Shown one piece after another: positions 31,883 through 32,000 of a stretch of 32,000 bases of DNA (the first letter of the stretch is position 1; each line of letters opens with the position of its first letter). Below the pieces are notes generated by a model. That model was not told the DNA's origin. It saw nothing but the letters and a program-made list of their open reading frames with translations, and did not search any database. The position numbers and the translations under genes were made by a program. Source of the DNA: Clostridia bacterium (GTDB lineage Bacteria; Bacillota; Clostridia; Oscillospirales; Acutalibacteraceae); the NCBI GenBank assembly GCA_017543285.1, contig JAFYGK010000008.1:10558-42557 (forward strand). The letters run 5' to 3'.

Positions 31883-32000
31883 CGCATAAACGGGAGTAAA
31901 GTGAAAATCGCGCTGCCATTGCGGCAATAATAAGAGCGTGGACAATTTGCGAGGTGTTTTTTGTGTTCAGGAAAATGGCTGCTGTTTATATAGCTATTAT

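Noticed and set aside
31963-32000. Possible start of a plus-strand gene at the right edge: GTG 31963, 6 nt after GAGGTG, open to the end of the window.
   Set aside because: Only 12 codons are visible, which is not enough evidence.
1-32000. Looked for tRNA/rRNA genes, CRISPR arrays, transposases/integrases, phage or defence genes and toxin-antitoxin pairs.
   Set aside because: I saw no T-loop-like GGTTCGA motifs, no regularly spaced direct repeats, and no ORFs with recombinase, nuclease-defence or TA hallmarks. An HMM search could still change this.

Overview
This looks like a chromosomal segment from a spore-forming Firmicute, probably Clostridia-like. By eye it is about 50-55% GC, uses ATA often for Ile, has Shine-Dalgarno RBSs and several TTG/GTG starts. 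I support about 34 CDS. I saw no rRNA, tRNA, CRISPR array, transposase or phage gene.

Gene order, left to right:
- A TetR-led six-gene redox operon (223-3871): TetR, ABM monooxygenase-like, CMD-cupin fusion, lipoprotein flavodoxin, His-rich 6-TM protein, cytoplasmic flavodoxin.
- greA-lysS (minus strand).
- A VTC-domain/DUF4956 pair, then rnz.
- A PerR-like Fur gene plus reverse rubrerythrin, followed by a small AT-rich membrane ORF bracketed by a duplicated rubrerythrin 3' end.
- The metG-tatD-radical SAM operon, then cca.
- A pyruvyl transferase, comEA, a hypothetical gene, recD2 and comFC.
- A DUF378 gene, an M50 protease, scpA, scpB, ytfI-like, ytfJ/gerW-like, a DD-carboxypeptidase and rluB.
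- A self-contained three-gene biotin enzyme operon (12S-like carboxyltransferase, 1.3S-like biotin carrier, 5S-like subunit), then a TraX-family gene.

Most of the window is ordinary housekeeping. The best candidate for something undescribed is the trio at 1970-3871: an exported flavodoxin, a His-rich membrane protein and a cytoplasmic flavodoxin, which could form a trans-membrane electron relay. Secondary items:
- A densely repeated, foldable 218-nt spacer inside the tatD-radical SAM operon.
- The duplication-bounded small ORF after rubrerythrin.
- The shortened 12S-like subunit of the transcarboxylase-like operon.

All family assignments come from motif recognition by eye and need HMM or BLAST confirmation.
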